DNA of 64,000 nucleotides from a virus (Duplodnaviria; Heunggongvirae; Uroviricota; Caudoviricetes): IMG/VR virus record IMGVR_UViG_3300037067_007156, positions 1 to 64,000 of that record; one strand, 5' to 3'. Shown piece by piece: positions 19,737 to 29,664 of this stretch (position 1 is its first letter; each line of letters starts with the position of its first letter). The notes under the pieces were generated by a model. It saw only the letters and a program-made list of their open reading frames with translations, ran no database searches and was not told where the DNA came from. The position numbers and the translations under genes were made by a program.

Positions 19737-20095
19737 ACTTCTAAAATTTCTTTAATTTTTTCTTTTCGTAGTAAACTTTTAATAATTGTTATATCCGATT
19801 CAGTGTCGGGAATAAAGAGTGTTTTATTTGATATTACTAAGTGTTCAAAAAAGAAAGGGCGTATATTAAAAAAGGATTTTTCTATACTCATTTCTATTCT
19901 ATCGACATAAAACTTTAAAAAAATATGATGATTTAATAAATATTTTCTATTTCTTTTAGCGATTGAATACAAATATGCATTAATGATTTTAAAATTTTTT
20001 TCATGTGGTATATTTATTATATAGATTGTTATATTTTTATGAACAATCAAATGTTTAACATTTAGAATTTCATTGCTTATTTTTTGTGTTGTCAT
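19733..20095 (-). CDS. Hypothetical protein with C-terminal RKxKI tag
   Basis: Ends LRKEKIKEILEV. Confidence 0.7.
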   Translation of the reverse strand: MTTQKISNEILNVKHLIVHKNITIYIINIPHEKNFKIINAYLYSIAKRNRKYLLNHHIFLKFYVDRIEMSIEKSFFNIRPFFFEHLVISNKTLFIPDTESDITIIKSLLRKEKIKEILEV

Positions 20096-21090
20096 TATTG
20101 GTTGTAAATCCGTTTTACATTATCAAATTCGTTTTTCACTGTGTCAGAAACGATGTTCTCAGTAATAATAGCGTCTAAATCAAATATATCGTAAGTCTTT
20201 TCTTCTTCAGGGTTTTCTTCTATATCTTTCTTAGTGTAGTGTATAGACTTTACATTTAACTGAGATAGTTTCATTTGAAACTCTAAATTTTCAGAAAGTT
20301 CGGAATTTATATTCAAATCTACAAAATTATTATTAAGATATTCATCAGTTAACGTACTTAAATCATCAATAGATTTAATATTTTTAATTTCAAATTTTGT
20401 ATTAATTGTATTAGGGATAAATCTTTCTTGTCCTGTTTCAACATCTAAGACCCAAATACCATTATTTTTTGAATTGAAATTTAGTGGATATGGTGATTCA
20501 ATGTATTTAACATTATCACCGATTTCATTTTTAACACCAGTGTAAATCTTTTTAAATTCAGAATTGAAATTAAGACCAGAAATCTCGTTATTTAAAAACA
20601 AATATTCACTTTCAGAATAGTGTTCGAGTTTTTCGACAGGTTCTAATAATTTGTTGAAATGATTTAAAAAAATATTTTTATTTTTAATTTCTTTATCTAT
20701 ATCTTTCTGATAACCATATAGTTGTACTTTATTATCGTATAAAGTAGCCGACTTATCTATAACATAAACATTTTTAATATTTTTAAGAACTGATAAGCTA
20801 TTTAAGTTCCCGTAGGTATCATGTTTAGAAAGTAATATAAAAACTGGTAATAAATTTGATAGTTGTTCAAATATTGAAATAACTTGGTTAATAGTTTTAA
20901 TATTAATATTTTCGTTCCGATTGAATAAATTTCCAATATGAATCAAACAATCTGTGTCTTTTTTATATTTTTTAATAAATGGTATTAGATAATCAAAATA
21001 ATATTTTCCAGATTCAAATAATGATTTATTTAAATCAAAATATTCTTTATATCCGAATGTACTATTACCAATTATAAAAATTTTCGACAT
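20095..21090 (-). CDS. SbcD/Mre11 (gp47)-like metallophosphoesterase fold, catalytically degenerate
   Basis: Motif spacing retained but altered: IIGNSTFG, HIGNLFN, LLSKHD, YIESPY, ERFIPN. Confidence 0.7.
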   Translation of the reverse strand: MSKIFIIGNSTFGYKEYFDLNKSLFESGKYYFDYLIPFIKKYKKDTDCLIHIGNLFNRNENINIKTINQVISIFEQLSNLLPVFILLSKHDTYGNLNSLSVLKNIKNVYVIDKSATLYDNKVQLYGYQKDIDKEIKNKNIFLNHFNKLLEPVEKLEHYSESEYLFLNNEISGLNFNSEFKKIYTGVKNEIGDNVKYIESPYPLNFNSKNNGIWVLDVETGQERFIPNTINTKFEIKNIKSIDDLSTLTDEYLNNNFVDLNINSELSENLEFQMKLSQLNVKSIHYTKKDIEENPEEEKTYDIFDLDAIITENIVSDTVKNEFDNVKRIYNQ

Positions 21091-21166
21091 ATTAATAATT
21101 TTAAAACTTTATAAAAATTCTTAACGACATCAAATTTAGCTCCATTAGAAATAAAAGTTTCTAATT

Positions 21167-21436
21167 TCATGCAAATTCTATTTTCTTCGGTGCAACCGTA
21201 AAATCTATCACTCTGTCATCACCATATTCACTTGTAAAGGAAACGTTACCATATAAATAACAATTTTCATTTTGTATATCAGATACCGTAGTTTTGAATG
21301 ATAATTTTTTATCCAAAATCGATTGAATTTTTTCTTTTAATTTATCACCTACACTAAATAATTCTGAAATAATTAAATCTTCTAAATAGATTTTAATAAC
21401 TAAACCTCTGGCAGAAATTTTACTTCTCGAATTCAT
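21167..21436 (-). CDS. Hypothetical protein
   Basis: 89-aa ORF in operon. Confidence 0.6.
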   Translation of the reverse strand: MNSRSKISARGLVIKIYLEDLIISELFSVGDKLKEKIQSILDKKLSFKTTVSDIQNENCYLYGNVSFTSEYGDDRVIDFTVAPKKIEFA

Positions 21437-21441
21437 TGGTA

Positions 21442-21846
21442 TTAGGTTTTATAATTATTTTTTATAGCTCTTATCCATCCTTTACATTCAAATATCAAAA
21501 CATTTTGTTCATCTTTTGATAATAATCCAAAATCGTGACGGTAACTTAGACAAACATTAAAAATAAATTTTTCATCTGAAAAACATTTAAAAACATCTTC
21601 AATTTGTTTTTTTGGTACATTTTCCGATTCTTTACCATCCCAATCAAAATATGTGAATATTTCAGCACCGAATTCATCATCTGTGATAATTTTTAAAACA
21701 GCCCAGTACCAAAAATTATCACGGGTATCGAAATCTTTATTATTATTTATCCAATCTTTAATCTTGTCAATTGATTCAGACAAATAACAATTAGCTATAT
21801 CAATTACACTATGTTCTTTTCGTTTTTCGACAATATAATATACCAT
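21442..21846 (-). CDS. Hypothetical protein
   Basis: 134-aa ORF in operon. Confidence 0.65.
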   Translation of the reverse strand: MVYYIVEKRKEHSVIDIANCYLSESIDKIKDWINNNKDFDTRDNFWYWAVLKIITDDEFGAEIFTYFDWDGKESENVPKKQIEDVFKCFSDEKFIFNVCLSYRHDFGLLSKDEQNVLIFECKGWIRAIKNNYKT

Positions 21847-21862
21847 AATTTAATATTTTATT

Positions 21863-22177
21863 TTAAATATAAATAATACAATATTCGTATTTAATTGCAT
21901 CTTTTAAAGCTCTCGTAGCTTTACCATAATAAGGACTTTGTAGACTATAAAAAAATCCAGCATCGCTACATTTCACATATTCTTCAGCATCTTCTTCAGT
22001 TATTTCTGATAATTTACACATTCTAATTAGATTTAATGGTTTATTATAGTTACTCAACCATATATCAGTTTTTTCCATCGAATCAAATCCTTTAATTTTA
22101 TAGGGTTTATTAAAAAATATAATTTCTTCAATGTGAAAAAATCTATAAATCATCCTATTAATAAATCTATTTATCAT
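21863..22177 (-). CDS. Hypothetical protein
   Basis: 104-aa ORF in operon. Confidence 0.6.
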   Translation of the reverse strand: MINRFINRMIYRFFHIEEIIFFNKPYKIKGFDSMEKTDIWLSNYNKPLNLIRMCKLSEITEEDAEEYVKCSDAGFFYSLQSPYYGKATRALKDAIKYEYCIIYI

Positions 22178-22199
22178 ATTTTGTTATATATTTAAACTT

Positions 22200-22367
22200 C
22201 TGGTGTCCACCCTTAATTTGAAATGTTCACTCACCTAAAAGGAATACATCCTTTCCCGTAAATACGTTGTGTCCACCCTTATTTTGAAATGTTCACTCAC
22301 CTTTTAGTTACGTATTCACCACTTGATTCCTGTTGTGTCCACCCTTAATTTGAAATGTTCACTCACC
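22200..22367 (-). CRISPR. CRISPR-like mini-array 2 (3 repeats, 2 spacers)
   Basis: Same 36-nt repeat at 22200 (degenerate 5' end), 22266 (1 mismatch) and 22332; 30-nt spacers at 22236-22265 and 22302-22331. Confidence 0.9.
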
Positions 22368-22634
22368 ATATCCTTTACTAACTCATTAATTTTCACTTCA
22401 TTAAGATTATATTTCGATGACAAAATTTGATATATTTTATAAAAATCATAATATAAAACGTGATTTTTTTCATCGTAATTAAAATAAACTTCGTCATCTT
22501 TTTTCCCAACTAAAATATTAGAATTATATTTAGCAACAAAAAATTCAACATTTTTAATAATTTTTCCAAAGAAATAATTTTGGACTTCTTATTTCCTGAA
22601 TTTTATATATAATATTTAATATATCTTCTTCCAT
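22316..22634 (-). pseudogene. Array-fused orphan protein, copy 2 (+1 frameshift)
   Basis: MEEDILNIIYKIQEIRSPKLFLWK, then a one-base insertion near 22561-22580, then IIKNVEFF..GKKDDEVYFNYDEKNH..KDMVSEHFKLRVDTTGIKW*. Confidence 0.85.
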
Positions 22635-22852
22635 TATTCAAAATCCCATATTGTTGGTGTGTAACTACCACTTTTCATAATCACATGTAAGATTTTAATA
22701 TCAAAACCGAGGTCATCTAAAATTGCTTTATAACAACGCTCTCGGTCATGACCTTCGTGTAGTACACTCACATTACCATCTTCTATTTTAGAAGCTACAT
22801 TCCAATCACCATCTTCGGATGTGAATATTTTATAAATTTTACTTAGTTCCAT
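22634..22852 (-). CDS. Hypothetical protein
   Basis: 72 aa; stop overlaps the ATG of the array-fused ORF (TAATG). Confidence 0.6.
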   Translation of the reverse strand: MELSKIYKIFTSEDGDWNVASKIEDGNVSVLHEGHDRERCYKAILDDLGFDIKILHVIMKSGSYTPTIWDFE

Positions 22853-23943
22853 TTTATTATATTTTTGGATTCGTCAGAGTTACTAATCAAAACGTTTTTA
22901 ATATTTAAAATATTACTTATTTTCCGAATAAAATCATCTTCATTTGAAGAATAAATTATATTATTCTTATATGTAAATCTATATTCATCTATAATGTGGT
23001 CAAGACACGTTATAACAAGTGTTTTATTTTCAGAAAAACGAATATACGGGTCTTTATTTATACTATATAATAATAAATCTAAATTAAGTAATGCTCGTCT
23101 AAATTCACCTTGGTGAGGATGTGTTACATTGGTTTCATTTGGGTTTATTAAAATATTATGTGATATATCTTCACCAACCATAGCACCATTACCATGTCTT
23201 GTTTGATAAGCTCTTGTAACTAAATATAATTCTGGTTTAAAACCAGCGTCTAATATATTTTTAGTACTGACACAACTTCTGGTTACATGGGGGAAAAACC
23301 CAATATTTGGGTCTAATAATAGACCTTGTGAACCTTCAAATATATATTTATAACCATCTGGAAAACCATATTGTGGTTTTATATTATTACAAGCTAAAAT
23401 TCTTCCCACACTTTGGAAGAATCTATCTAAATTAATTTCAAAATTTAAATTGTAGAACTTTTTTATTTCATTTAATTTTATTTTCATAACTGGTTCATGA
23501 AATAAATCACCAAATTGTAAAGAATAAAATTTTTCTTCTCTATTTATTGTTGCACCAACACCGACACCAACACTACCATGATGATTAATCTTTTCCAATT
23601 CTTGATTATAACAAATATCAAATGGTGTTGTTATAGGACATCTTTCATCAATATAAAGTAAAGGATTTACACCATTTCCAATTAAAACATCCAATTCATT
23701 TATTAAACCAACTGGGTCAACAGTACAGTATTTTGCCCAATAAGATGGTACACCACGTAGTGTACCAGAACCTAAATTTGAAAATACGTGTCTGATACCA
23801 TTAAAATTTACAGTATGACCAGATTGTTGACCACCTGAAAATCTTACTACTAATATATTATTAGAATGGGAACAAAGGTAATCGGTTGTTATTCCCTTAC
23901 CCTCATCCCCATACCCAATGCCCACCACAGCTTTACTGCTCAT
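22843..23943 (-). CDS. purA: Adenylosuccinate synthetase-like protein
   Basis: GYGDEGKG, RFSGGQQSGHTV, HGSVGVG, FEGSQGLLLD, FPHVTRS, TRHGNG, TCLD. Confidence 0.85.
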   Translation of the reverse strand: MSSKAVVGIGYGDEGKGITTDYLCSHSNNILVVRFSGGQQSGHTVNFNGIRHVFSNLGSGTLRGVPSYWAKYCTVDPVGLINELDVLIGNGVNPLLYIDERCPITTPFDICYNQELEKINHHGSVGVGVGATINREEKFYSLQFGDLFHEPVMKIKLNEIKKFYNLNFEINLDRFFQSVGRILACNNIKPQYGFPDGYKYIFEGSQGLLLDPNIGFFPHVTRSCVSTKNILDAGFKPELYLVTRAYQTRHGNGAMVGEDISHNILINPNETNVTHPHQGEFRRALLNLDLLLYSINKDPYIRFSENKTLVITCLDHIIDEYRFTYKNNIIYSSNEDDFIRKISNILNIKNVLISNSDESKNIIKWN

Positions 23944-23955
23944 TTATTATTAATA

Positions 23956-24846
23956 TTATAAAATATTGGTATTACTCCAATCATGTGGTTTATAACTATC
24001 ACCAGCAGTGTTAATTTCAATTTTAGTGTCAACTAATTGTTCTTTAACATTTTCTATTTTAAGAATAGTGTCAGCAATTATAGCAGCCACATCATTCTTA
24101 TCTTCAACTATGATTAAACCATCACCCATGAGTTGTTTCCACTCATTTATTGTAGTTTGACGACTGCCTGCACCTGTCTGTTTGATATGTAAATGAAAAA
24201 CGTGGTATTTTTCCCTTGCTTTTTCTAAAAGAAAATCAGAAGTATAATCACTGTATTGGCCTTCACCCATTAAATCTTTAATAACATTTTTTGGTAAATT
24301 TCTTAATGTTGGTTCATCACCAATTGTAAACAAAAACCCTTTATTTTTTCTTTTTTCATAACAATCAATAGAAGTGTGAAAAGCAGCAAAATACCATGCA
24401 AGTAAATAACTCTCACCTTCATTTCCACCACCACCACCTTCAAGCCATACATCAGTCAACCATTTATCAAGTAATTCATCACTTGATTCAAACTGTGCTA
24501 CTTGTAACGGTGACCTGTCTTCTTCGTGGTCACCAACAGCAAGAAATAATAATTGTGGGTCAGCTACCCCACCTTGAATAATATTACCCATAATATGAGG
24601 AAGTCCTTCTTTTACAAGAAAGTGGGGAATTGACCCCATCGAACCTGTTACATCTAAACCCAAAATTATTGAAATTGAATTTGGATGTTCATTTGAATCT
24701 CTCGATTCTCTGATAGCAACACCATGAGGATTCATAGCATTATTAATTGAACGCTGTTTGAAAATCTCATGTGTAGATTTAGTTTTGTATCCTAAATCTT
24801 CAGCTCTTATTGAACGAGCAAATGATGAATATTTACCGTCACCCAT
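23956..24846 (-). CDS. vWA-domain protein
   Basis: MIDAS DVTGSMG; AVGD; GGGGNEGESY; FTIGDE. Confidence 0.85.
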   Translation of the reverse strand: MGDGKYSSFARSIRAEDLGYKTKSTHEIFKQRSINNAMNPHGVAIRESRDSNEHPNSISIILGLDVTGSMGSIPHFLVKEGLPHIMGNIIQGGVADPQLLFLAVGDHEEDRSPLQVAQFESSDELLDKWLTDVWLEGGGGGNEGESYLLAWYFAAFHTSIDCYEKRKNKGFLFTIGDEPTLRNLPKNVIKDLMGEGQYSDYTSDFLLEKAREKYHVFHLHIKQTGAGSRQTTINEWKQLMGDGLIIVEDKNDVAAIIADTILKIENVKEQLVDTKIEINTAGDSYKPHDWSNTNIL

Positions 24847-25202
24847 TATTCATTTCCCCCAAATAAGAAATCATAACGTTTTTTGGCAATTTCCAACATG
24901 ATTTCAGTGTTGCGAATTTCCACACCCAGTTTTAGGTCTTTGTCAACAAATTCAATACTCTTGAAATCCGTTGCGAGAATGAGAGACTGCGTGTTAGTTG
25001 GAGATAAGTCAAGCATATTTTCGAGTTCTCTTTTCATCCTTTTTACAGATGTTTCCAAATCCTCGATTTTACGTTTGTAAATCATCTGGGTATCTTCAAC
25101 AATAGCAAGCGCACGGTCATCACGTATCTGTTTGTTATTGCGTTTTAATGAACTGTAAAACGCCCCAGTTAATTGTTCTGTTTGTTCTTTTAAATCTTCC
25201 AT
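24846..25202 (-). CDS. Coiled-coil hypothetical protein coupled to the vWA gene
   Basis: 118 aa; TAATG overlap with the vWA start. Confidence 0.7.
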   Translation of the reverse strand: MEDLKEQTEQLTGAFYSSLKRNNKQIRDDRALAIVEDTQMIYKRKIEDLETSVKRMKRELENMLDLSPTNTQSLILATDFKSIEFVDKDLKLGVEIRNTEIMLEIAKKRYDFLFGGNE

Positions 25203-25278
25203 TTTATTTTCATTTTTAATTTTTTGATTGATAATATTATTATAGTTAAATTTCGTTTAAAAGTTTGATAATAATTTT

Positions 25279-26187
25279 TTATATTTCTGTATATAATTTA
25301 TTTTTCAAAATATACTGATACACATCAGGTGATATTTTAGTCAATAAATTCTTTTCATCGTCTGGATGAGATTCTTTATAATATTTTATTAATAATTCTC
25401 TGACCTCAGTTGATGAAACTTCTATAACTGGTATAATTTCATTTTTACCATTGAGATAAATATGGGGGAATTTAGTGTACCAAATATCTGTTGTTGGTTC
25501 ATACCCTTTGCGTGGAACTATAATGAAACGAATTAATTTTTCCAATTCATCAAAATTCACAAAAGTGTTGAAAATATTCGCATTATCTTGACCAAGAATA
25601 AATGAAAAATTGTAATTTTCATATAATGGGTCATTCATCAATTTTTTCACTAAATGGTATGTTTCACCTGCTAATTGATGTTCATTTTCATAATCAAACA
25701 CTTTTATTCTACTATCATCAATAGATAATTTACACATATTATATCTATGTTCAAATGATATAATGTTTTTACCAGTAATAGAAGAATAATTAGGCATTAT
25801 CCAAACCTCATCAAATTCTTTAGAACACACATTAAGTACATATTTACATATCTGAATATGTCCTATTGTTGGCGGATTACCACTAATACCGAGTAATGCC
25901 ACTTTATACTTTCTACCTAAACTTTTATATTGTAGTTTTCTTCTTTTAATTTTTTCTAAACAACCATTTATAACATCTTCTACATCAAATTCCGATTCAT
26001 TACAAAGTTGTATAACCGAGCATAACAAATCCCCTGCTTCTTCTTTAAGATTTTTTATATCTGTAAATCTCGATAACTCCATTGATTCATTTAATATATC
26101 TTTTAAACGTTCGTTTAAAACAGTTTTAGAAAAATGTTCGATGAAAACTTCATTAATTTTTTGTTGCAATTCTTTGATTTGTCCCAT
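25279..26187 (-). CDS. nadD: MazG-like domain fused to nicotinate/nicotinamide mononucleotide adenylyltransferase
   Basis: N-terminal ESMEL..LKEEAGDLL (MazG-type); GISGNPPTIGH, HRYNM, LGQDN, VSSTEVR (NadD). Confidence 0.85.
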   Translation of the reverse strand: MGQIKELQQKINEVFIEHFSKTVLNERLKDILNESMELSRFTDIKNLKEEAGDLLCSVIQLCNESEFDVEDVINGCLEKIKRRKLQYKSLGRKYKVALLGISGNPPTIGHIQICKYVLNVCSKEFDEVWIMPNYSSITGKNIISFEHRYNMCKLSIDDSRIKVFDYENEHQLAGETYHLVKKLMNDPLYENYNFSFILGQDNANIFNTFVNFDELEKLIRFIIVPRKGYEPTTDIWYTKFPHIYLNGKNEIIPVIEVSSTEVRELLIKYYKESHPDDEKNLLTKISPDVYQYILKNKLYTEI

Positions 26188-26208
26188 ATAATTTAAATTT
26201 TAAAAGAA

Positions 26209-26475
26209 TTATTCCTCAAATAATTTTAATATTTTTAGTTTTCTTTCAGCTTGTTTAAGTATGATATCTTCTTTTTCAGAATTTCTATTTTCTTGTAAAA
26301 TAAGCTTATAGCACTCTTGTGCTATTTTAACTTTTTTAACATAATAAGAATCTTCACCTTCTTCACCTTTATAACATAGTGGGGTTGGAAAAATCTTACG
26401 AAATTTGTGGAGTGGGTGTGGATATACACACCCACCCATATAATCTTCCCAAATACACCTACCAGTGTAACACAT
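26209..26475 (-). CDS. Small Cys-containing protein with C-terminal RKxKI tag
   Basis: MCYTGRCIWE..GGC; ends ERKLKILKLFEE. Confidence 0.65.
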   Translation of the reverse strand: MCYTGRCIWEDYMGGCVYPHPLHKFRKIFPTPLCYKGEEGEDSYYVKKVKIAQECYKLILQENRNSEKEDIILKQAERKLKILKLFEE

Positions 26476-26807
26476 TAGTTGTTATTGATAAAAGAAACTA
26501 TTTCGTTCCAAGTTTTGATATCGACAGATTCGAGTTCAAAGTCATGAAAATATGATGAATTAGTATCACCTTTATCTGATAATCTACCATTGATACAAAA
26601 ATCATCGTCATAGAACTCCAGATTTAAATCTAAGATACCATCATTTATATTAATAGTTTGACTTGAATCTTCTTTCAATTGAATAAATTTATCAAATGCA
26701 TTAACAACATTAGTAACATCACATTTTTTCATCTGAATGGTTACTCGACCATCATCATCCATAATAGTAATGAATTCGTTTTTAATTGAAAAATCTAAAG
26801 TTATCAT
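26475..26807 (-). CDS. Hypothetical protein
   Basis: 110-aa ORF in operon. Confidence 0.65.
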   Translation of the reverse strand: MITLDFSIKNEFITIMDDDGRVTIQMKKCDVTNVVNAFDKFIQLKEDSSQTININDGILDLNLEFYDDDFCINGRLSDKGDTNSSYFHDFELESVDIKTWNEIVSFINNN

Positions 26808-26808
26808 A

Positions 26809-28731
26809 TTAGTATGCTTCTAAAAATTCATTTTTAAACATAATTGGAATACCAAGTTGTATAGCTTTTTCCAATTTACTCGAACCACTATTTTTATCTT
26901 TTACCAAAAGATGTGTTGTGTTTTTAGAAACACCAGAAGCGTTTTTACCACCGTTTTCTTCAATCATCTTAGATAATTCAGCATCTCTGAAACCAGTCAT
27001 ACAAACATTGAAACCATCATATTTATTACTTTTCAATTCTACTTTAGGTGATTCAGCATAAGCCACTTTGATTGGTAAATCCTGATGATACAGATTATAC
27101 TCTTTAAGTCCAACAAAAAAAGCTTTGGCTTTAATTTCTCCAATTCCTTCTATTTCACAAAGTTGTTCAATTACATTCGAATTATCGAAATCACCTTTAA
27201 AATTATCAAATATTCTTTGTGCATCTTTTTCACCAAGTTTTCCTTCAAATAAATCGAGGGCATGAATAATCTTTGCTAATGGTAAACCGTCACGATGAAG
27301 TTTATCAAATTGAGCTAATAATTTGGATATTGATTTGTCAGCCCAACCTTCAAATTTATAAAGTTCATCATAAGTTATTTCCAATAATTTTTTGGGTGTA
27401 TTATATCCAGCATTGAATAATTTTTCTATTTCCTTTTCTCCAAAATTATCAATTTTTATATTGGTAAAAAAAGATATTTGTTTATTAAGCAATCGTTCTG
27501 GACACTTTAAGTTATTACACATCAATTCGGTGTGAGTTTCATCCCAATAGGTATCAGAACCGCAGCATGGACATTTTTTTAATTGTTCTCTTAGTTTATC
27601 TATCTCACTTTGGTCGTGGGTAAATGTTTTAAGATGTTTTGGGATAACATCACCAGAACGGGTAATTTCAACTATTGAACCAGCAGCAATATTGTTTTCA
27701 AAAACATAATTCATATTGTAACAAGTGAAATTAGAAACTTCAACATTGGTAACTATTGTTGGTTCAATCTGAGCAACAGGTTTAAGTTTTCCTTGTTTAG
27801 ATACACCAATTCTTAATGATTTACATGGAACTTTAACTTTTGTAGACCATTCTGGTAATTTTAATGCACGAGCATAAACTGGATTATTATTTCTTTCTCT
27901 TCCCAATTCTTCACGAAGATTATTATCATCAATTTCGATTACCAAACCATCAATCTCGAACATTTCACTTATTTGATTATATAATCTATTGAAATTTTCA
28001 AGTGTAAAATCTTCCAGTTTCATCAATTCATAATAAACTGGAATTTCATTTATTTGATTTACTAAATCTAACTGGTCAGATTTATTCAAACATGTACCGT
28101 CAATATTTTCAACACCATAACGAACATATGTTCCGTGTTTAAGGAGTTCAGTGTTTATAGATTTTTTAGTATTTATTTGACCAGCGATAGTATTTCTTGC
28201 TGCTTTAAAAGGTTTACCATCTCTTGGGTTTATCTTTCCTTCAAAATTATCCTTCCAATCTTTTTTAGAAATGATACACTCACCATACGTAACATCATTT
28301 TCTGTTAAAAAATCTGATACCTTTTTACCAGTTTTTATTATTAAATAATGGTCATCTTTAATTTCGCCAGTAACACCTTTTCCTCTTGTCCAACATTTTT
28401 TGATAATTTCTTTTGTACAAAGAGAAAGTCCATCATATTTACCAGTTGCTATAAAAATAGTATCATCTGGTATACTTTTACTTTTACACCACGATTTAAT
28501 TTCATCGATGCTGTGTAATTTATCCAAGGAATACATTTTAATTGGAAGTAATTCTGCATCTTCCAATGGTTGTTCTATAATACCATCGGGAGTAATATCA
28601 TCATCATCTGGATATTTATTAATAAAATCATAATAAATTTCATCATATTCAGCATCAGATACTGTTTGATTACCATCCCGATATTCTTTATCTCTGGATA
28701 TAATCCACTGTTTTTGTTCTTCTCTTGTCAT
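26809..28731 (-). CDS. ligA: NAD-dependent DNA ligase
   Basis: SDAEYD, MYSLDK, KYDGLS, TRG, EIDGLVI, RSGDVIP, Zn finger CPCC..C..C, BRCT (TGFR..GVSKNT..KLEKA). Confidence 0.95.
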   Translation of the reverse strand: MTREEQKQWIISRDKEYRDGNQTVSDAEYDEIYYDFINKYPDDDDITPDGIIEQPLEDAELLPIKMYSLDKLHSIDEIKSWCKSKSIPDDTIFIATGKYDGLSLCTKEIIKKCWTRGKGVTGEIKDDHYLIIKTGKKVSDFLTENDVTYGECIISKKDWKDNFEGKINPRDGKPFKAARNTIAGQINTKKSINTELLKHGTYVRYGVENIDGTCLNKSDQLDLVNQINEIPVYYELMKLEDFTLENFNRLYNQISEMFEIDGLVIEIDDNNLREELGRERNNNPVYARALKLPEWSTKVKVPCKSLRIGVSKQGKLKPVAQIEPTIVTNVEVSNFTCYNMNYVFENNIAAGSIVEITRSGDVIPKHLKTFTHDQSEIDKLREQLKKCPCCGSDTYWDETHTELMCNNLKCPERLLNKQISFFTNIKIDNFGEKEIEKLFNAGYNTPKKLLEITYDELYKFEGWADKSISKLLAQFDKLHRDGLPLAKIIHALDLFEGKLGEKDAQRIFDNFKGDFDNSNVIEQLCEIEGIGEIKAKAFFVGLKEYNLYHQDLPIKVAYAESPKVELKSNKYDGFNVCMTGFRDAELSKMIEENGGKNASGVSKNTTHLLVKDKNSGSSKLEKAIQLGIPIMFKNEFLEAY

Positions 28732-28739
28732 ATAATTGT

Positions 28740-29114
28740 TTATTTTAAAATTTTATGTAATGTAGTATCACCATCCCAAGTAAAACATGCAGTTCTACGG
28801 TCATTATTAAAAACAAAAATATATCCCTTGGCACTATCTGGTATTTCGTATGCACCAAGTATTGAAAAAGTATATTCTTCAGTAAGTATAAAAGTTGTTG
28901 TGATTGTATCGTTCCAATAACCATTAAAAACTGTGGAATACTTTACATAACCAGTATTCATAGTATCACAAATTATTTTAGGTGTTGTATCTTTTAAGAC
29001 TACGATTTCTATTACATTAGTCTGAGAAGTTCGGGTGGAATAACAGCTCGAAATTAATGATAATAAAATAATTATTAATAAAAAAAGTAAAAAATAATAA
29101 GAAAAGTTTTTCAT
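28740..29114 (-). CDS. Putative lipoprotein
   Basis: Signal peptide ending ISSC (lipobox-like). Confidence 0.55.
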   Translation of the reverse strand: MKNFSYYFLLFLLIIILLSLISSCYSTRTSQTNVIEIVVLKDTTPKIICDTMNTGYVKYSTVFNGYWNDTITTTFILTEEYTFSILGAYEIPDSAKGYIFVFNNDRRTACFTWDGDTTLHKILK

Positions 29115-29170
29115 TATTTAAAGAGTTTTAATAACACAAAAATAATGAAAAATATTTAAATTGATTTAAA

Positions 29171-29359
29171 TTATATAGATTTTTTTAACATTTTTAAAAA
29201 ATCTTTTTCAGAAGTGAGATTATAACTTTTTATAATATCATTTTCGTTTTTACCACATCTTGAACAAACAAACGTGGTTTCTATCATGTTATTATCTTTA
29301 TATTCTTTTTTCTCAATAATATCATGATTATTAAATAATATACATCTAAGTGATATCAT
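29171..29359 (-). CDS. Small Zn-binding hypothetical protein
   Basis: C..H and CSRCG. Confidence 0.5.
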   Translation of the reverse strand: MISLRCILFNNHDIIEKKEYKDNNMIETTFVCSRCGKNENDIIKSYNLTSEKDFLKMLKKSI

Positions 29360-29451
29360 AATATTGAATTTTTTATATTCAAAAATAAAACATTTTTTTA
29401 TTTAAATAATATATCTTTGGATGATATTAATCACCAACAAATGTCATATTT

Positions 29452-29664
29452 ATGTATGAAATTGATAAAATTTACGGTGTACCGATTAAAGAAATAGCTT
29501 GTCCAGGTTGTGGTAGAAAATATGGACATCATAAAACGACAGTGGACACAATTTCTGAAGAATGTAGTTCTTGTGTAAAAGACGCTGGTTATAAAGAAGT
29601 GAACTTTGTATCAGCAAAAGAATTTATCGAAAATATTCTTGGTTATAAACCTTTTTGTTTTTAA
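29452..29664 (+). CDS. Small Zn-ribbon protein
   Basis: CPGC and CSSC. Confidence 0.6.
   Translation: MYEIDKIYGVPIKEIACPGCGRKYGHHKTTVDTISEECSSCVKDAGYKEVNFVSAKEFIENILGYKPFCF

Noticed and set aside
22843-23943. PurZ (Z-genome) synthase
   Set aside because: Retains Asp in GDEGKG, whereas PurZ has Ser at this position.
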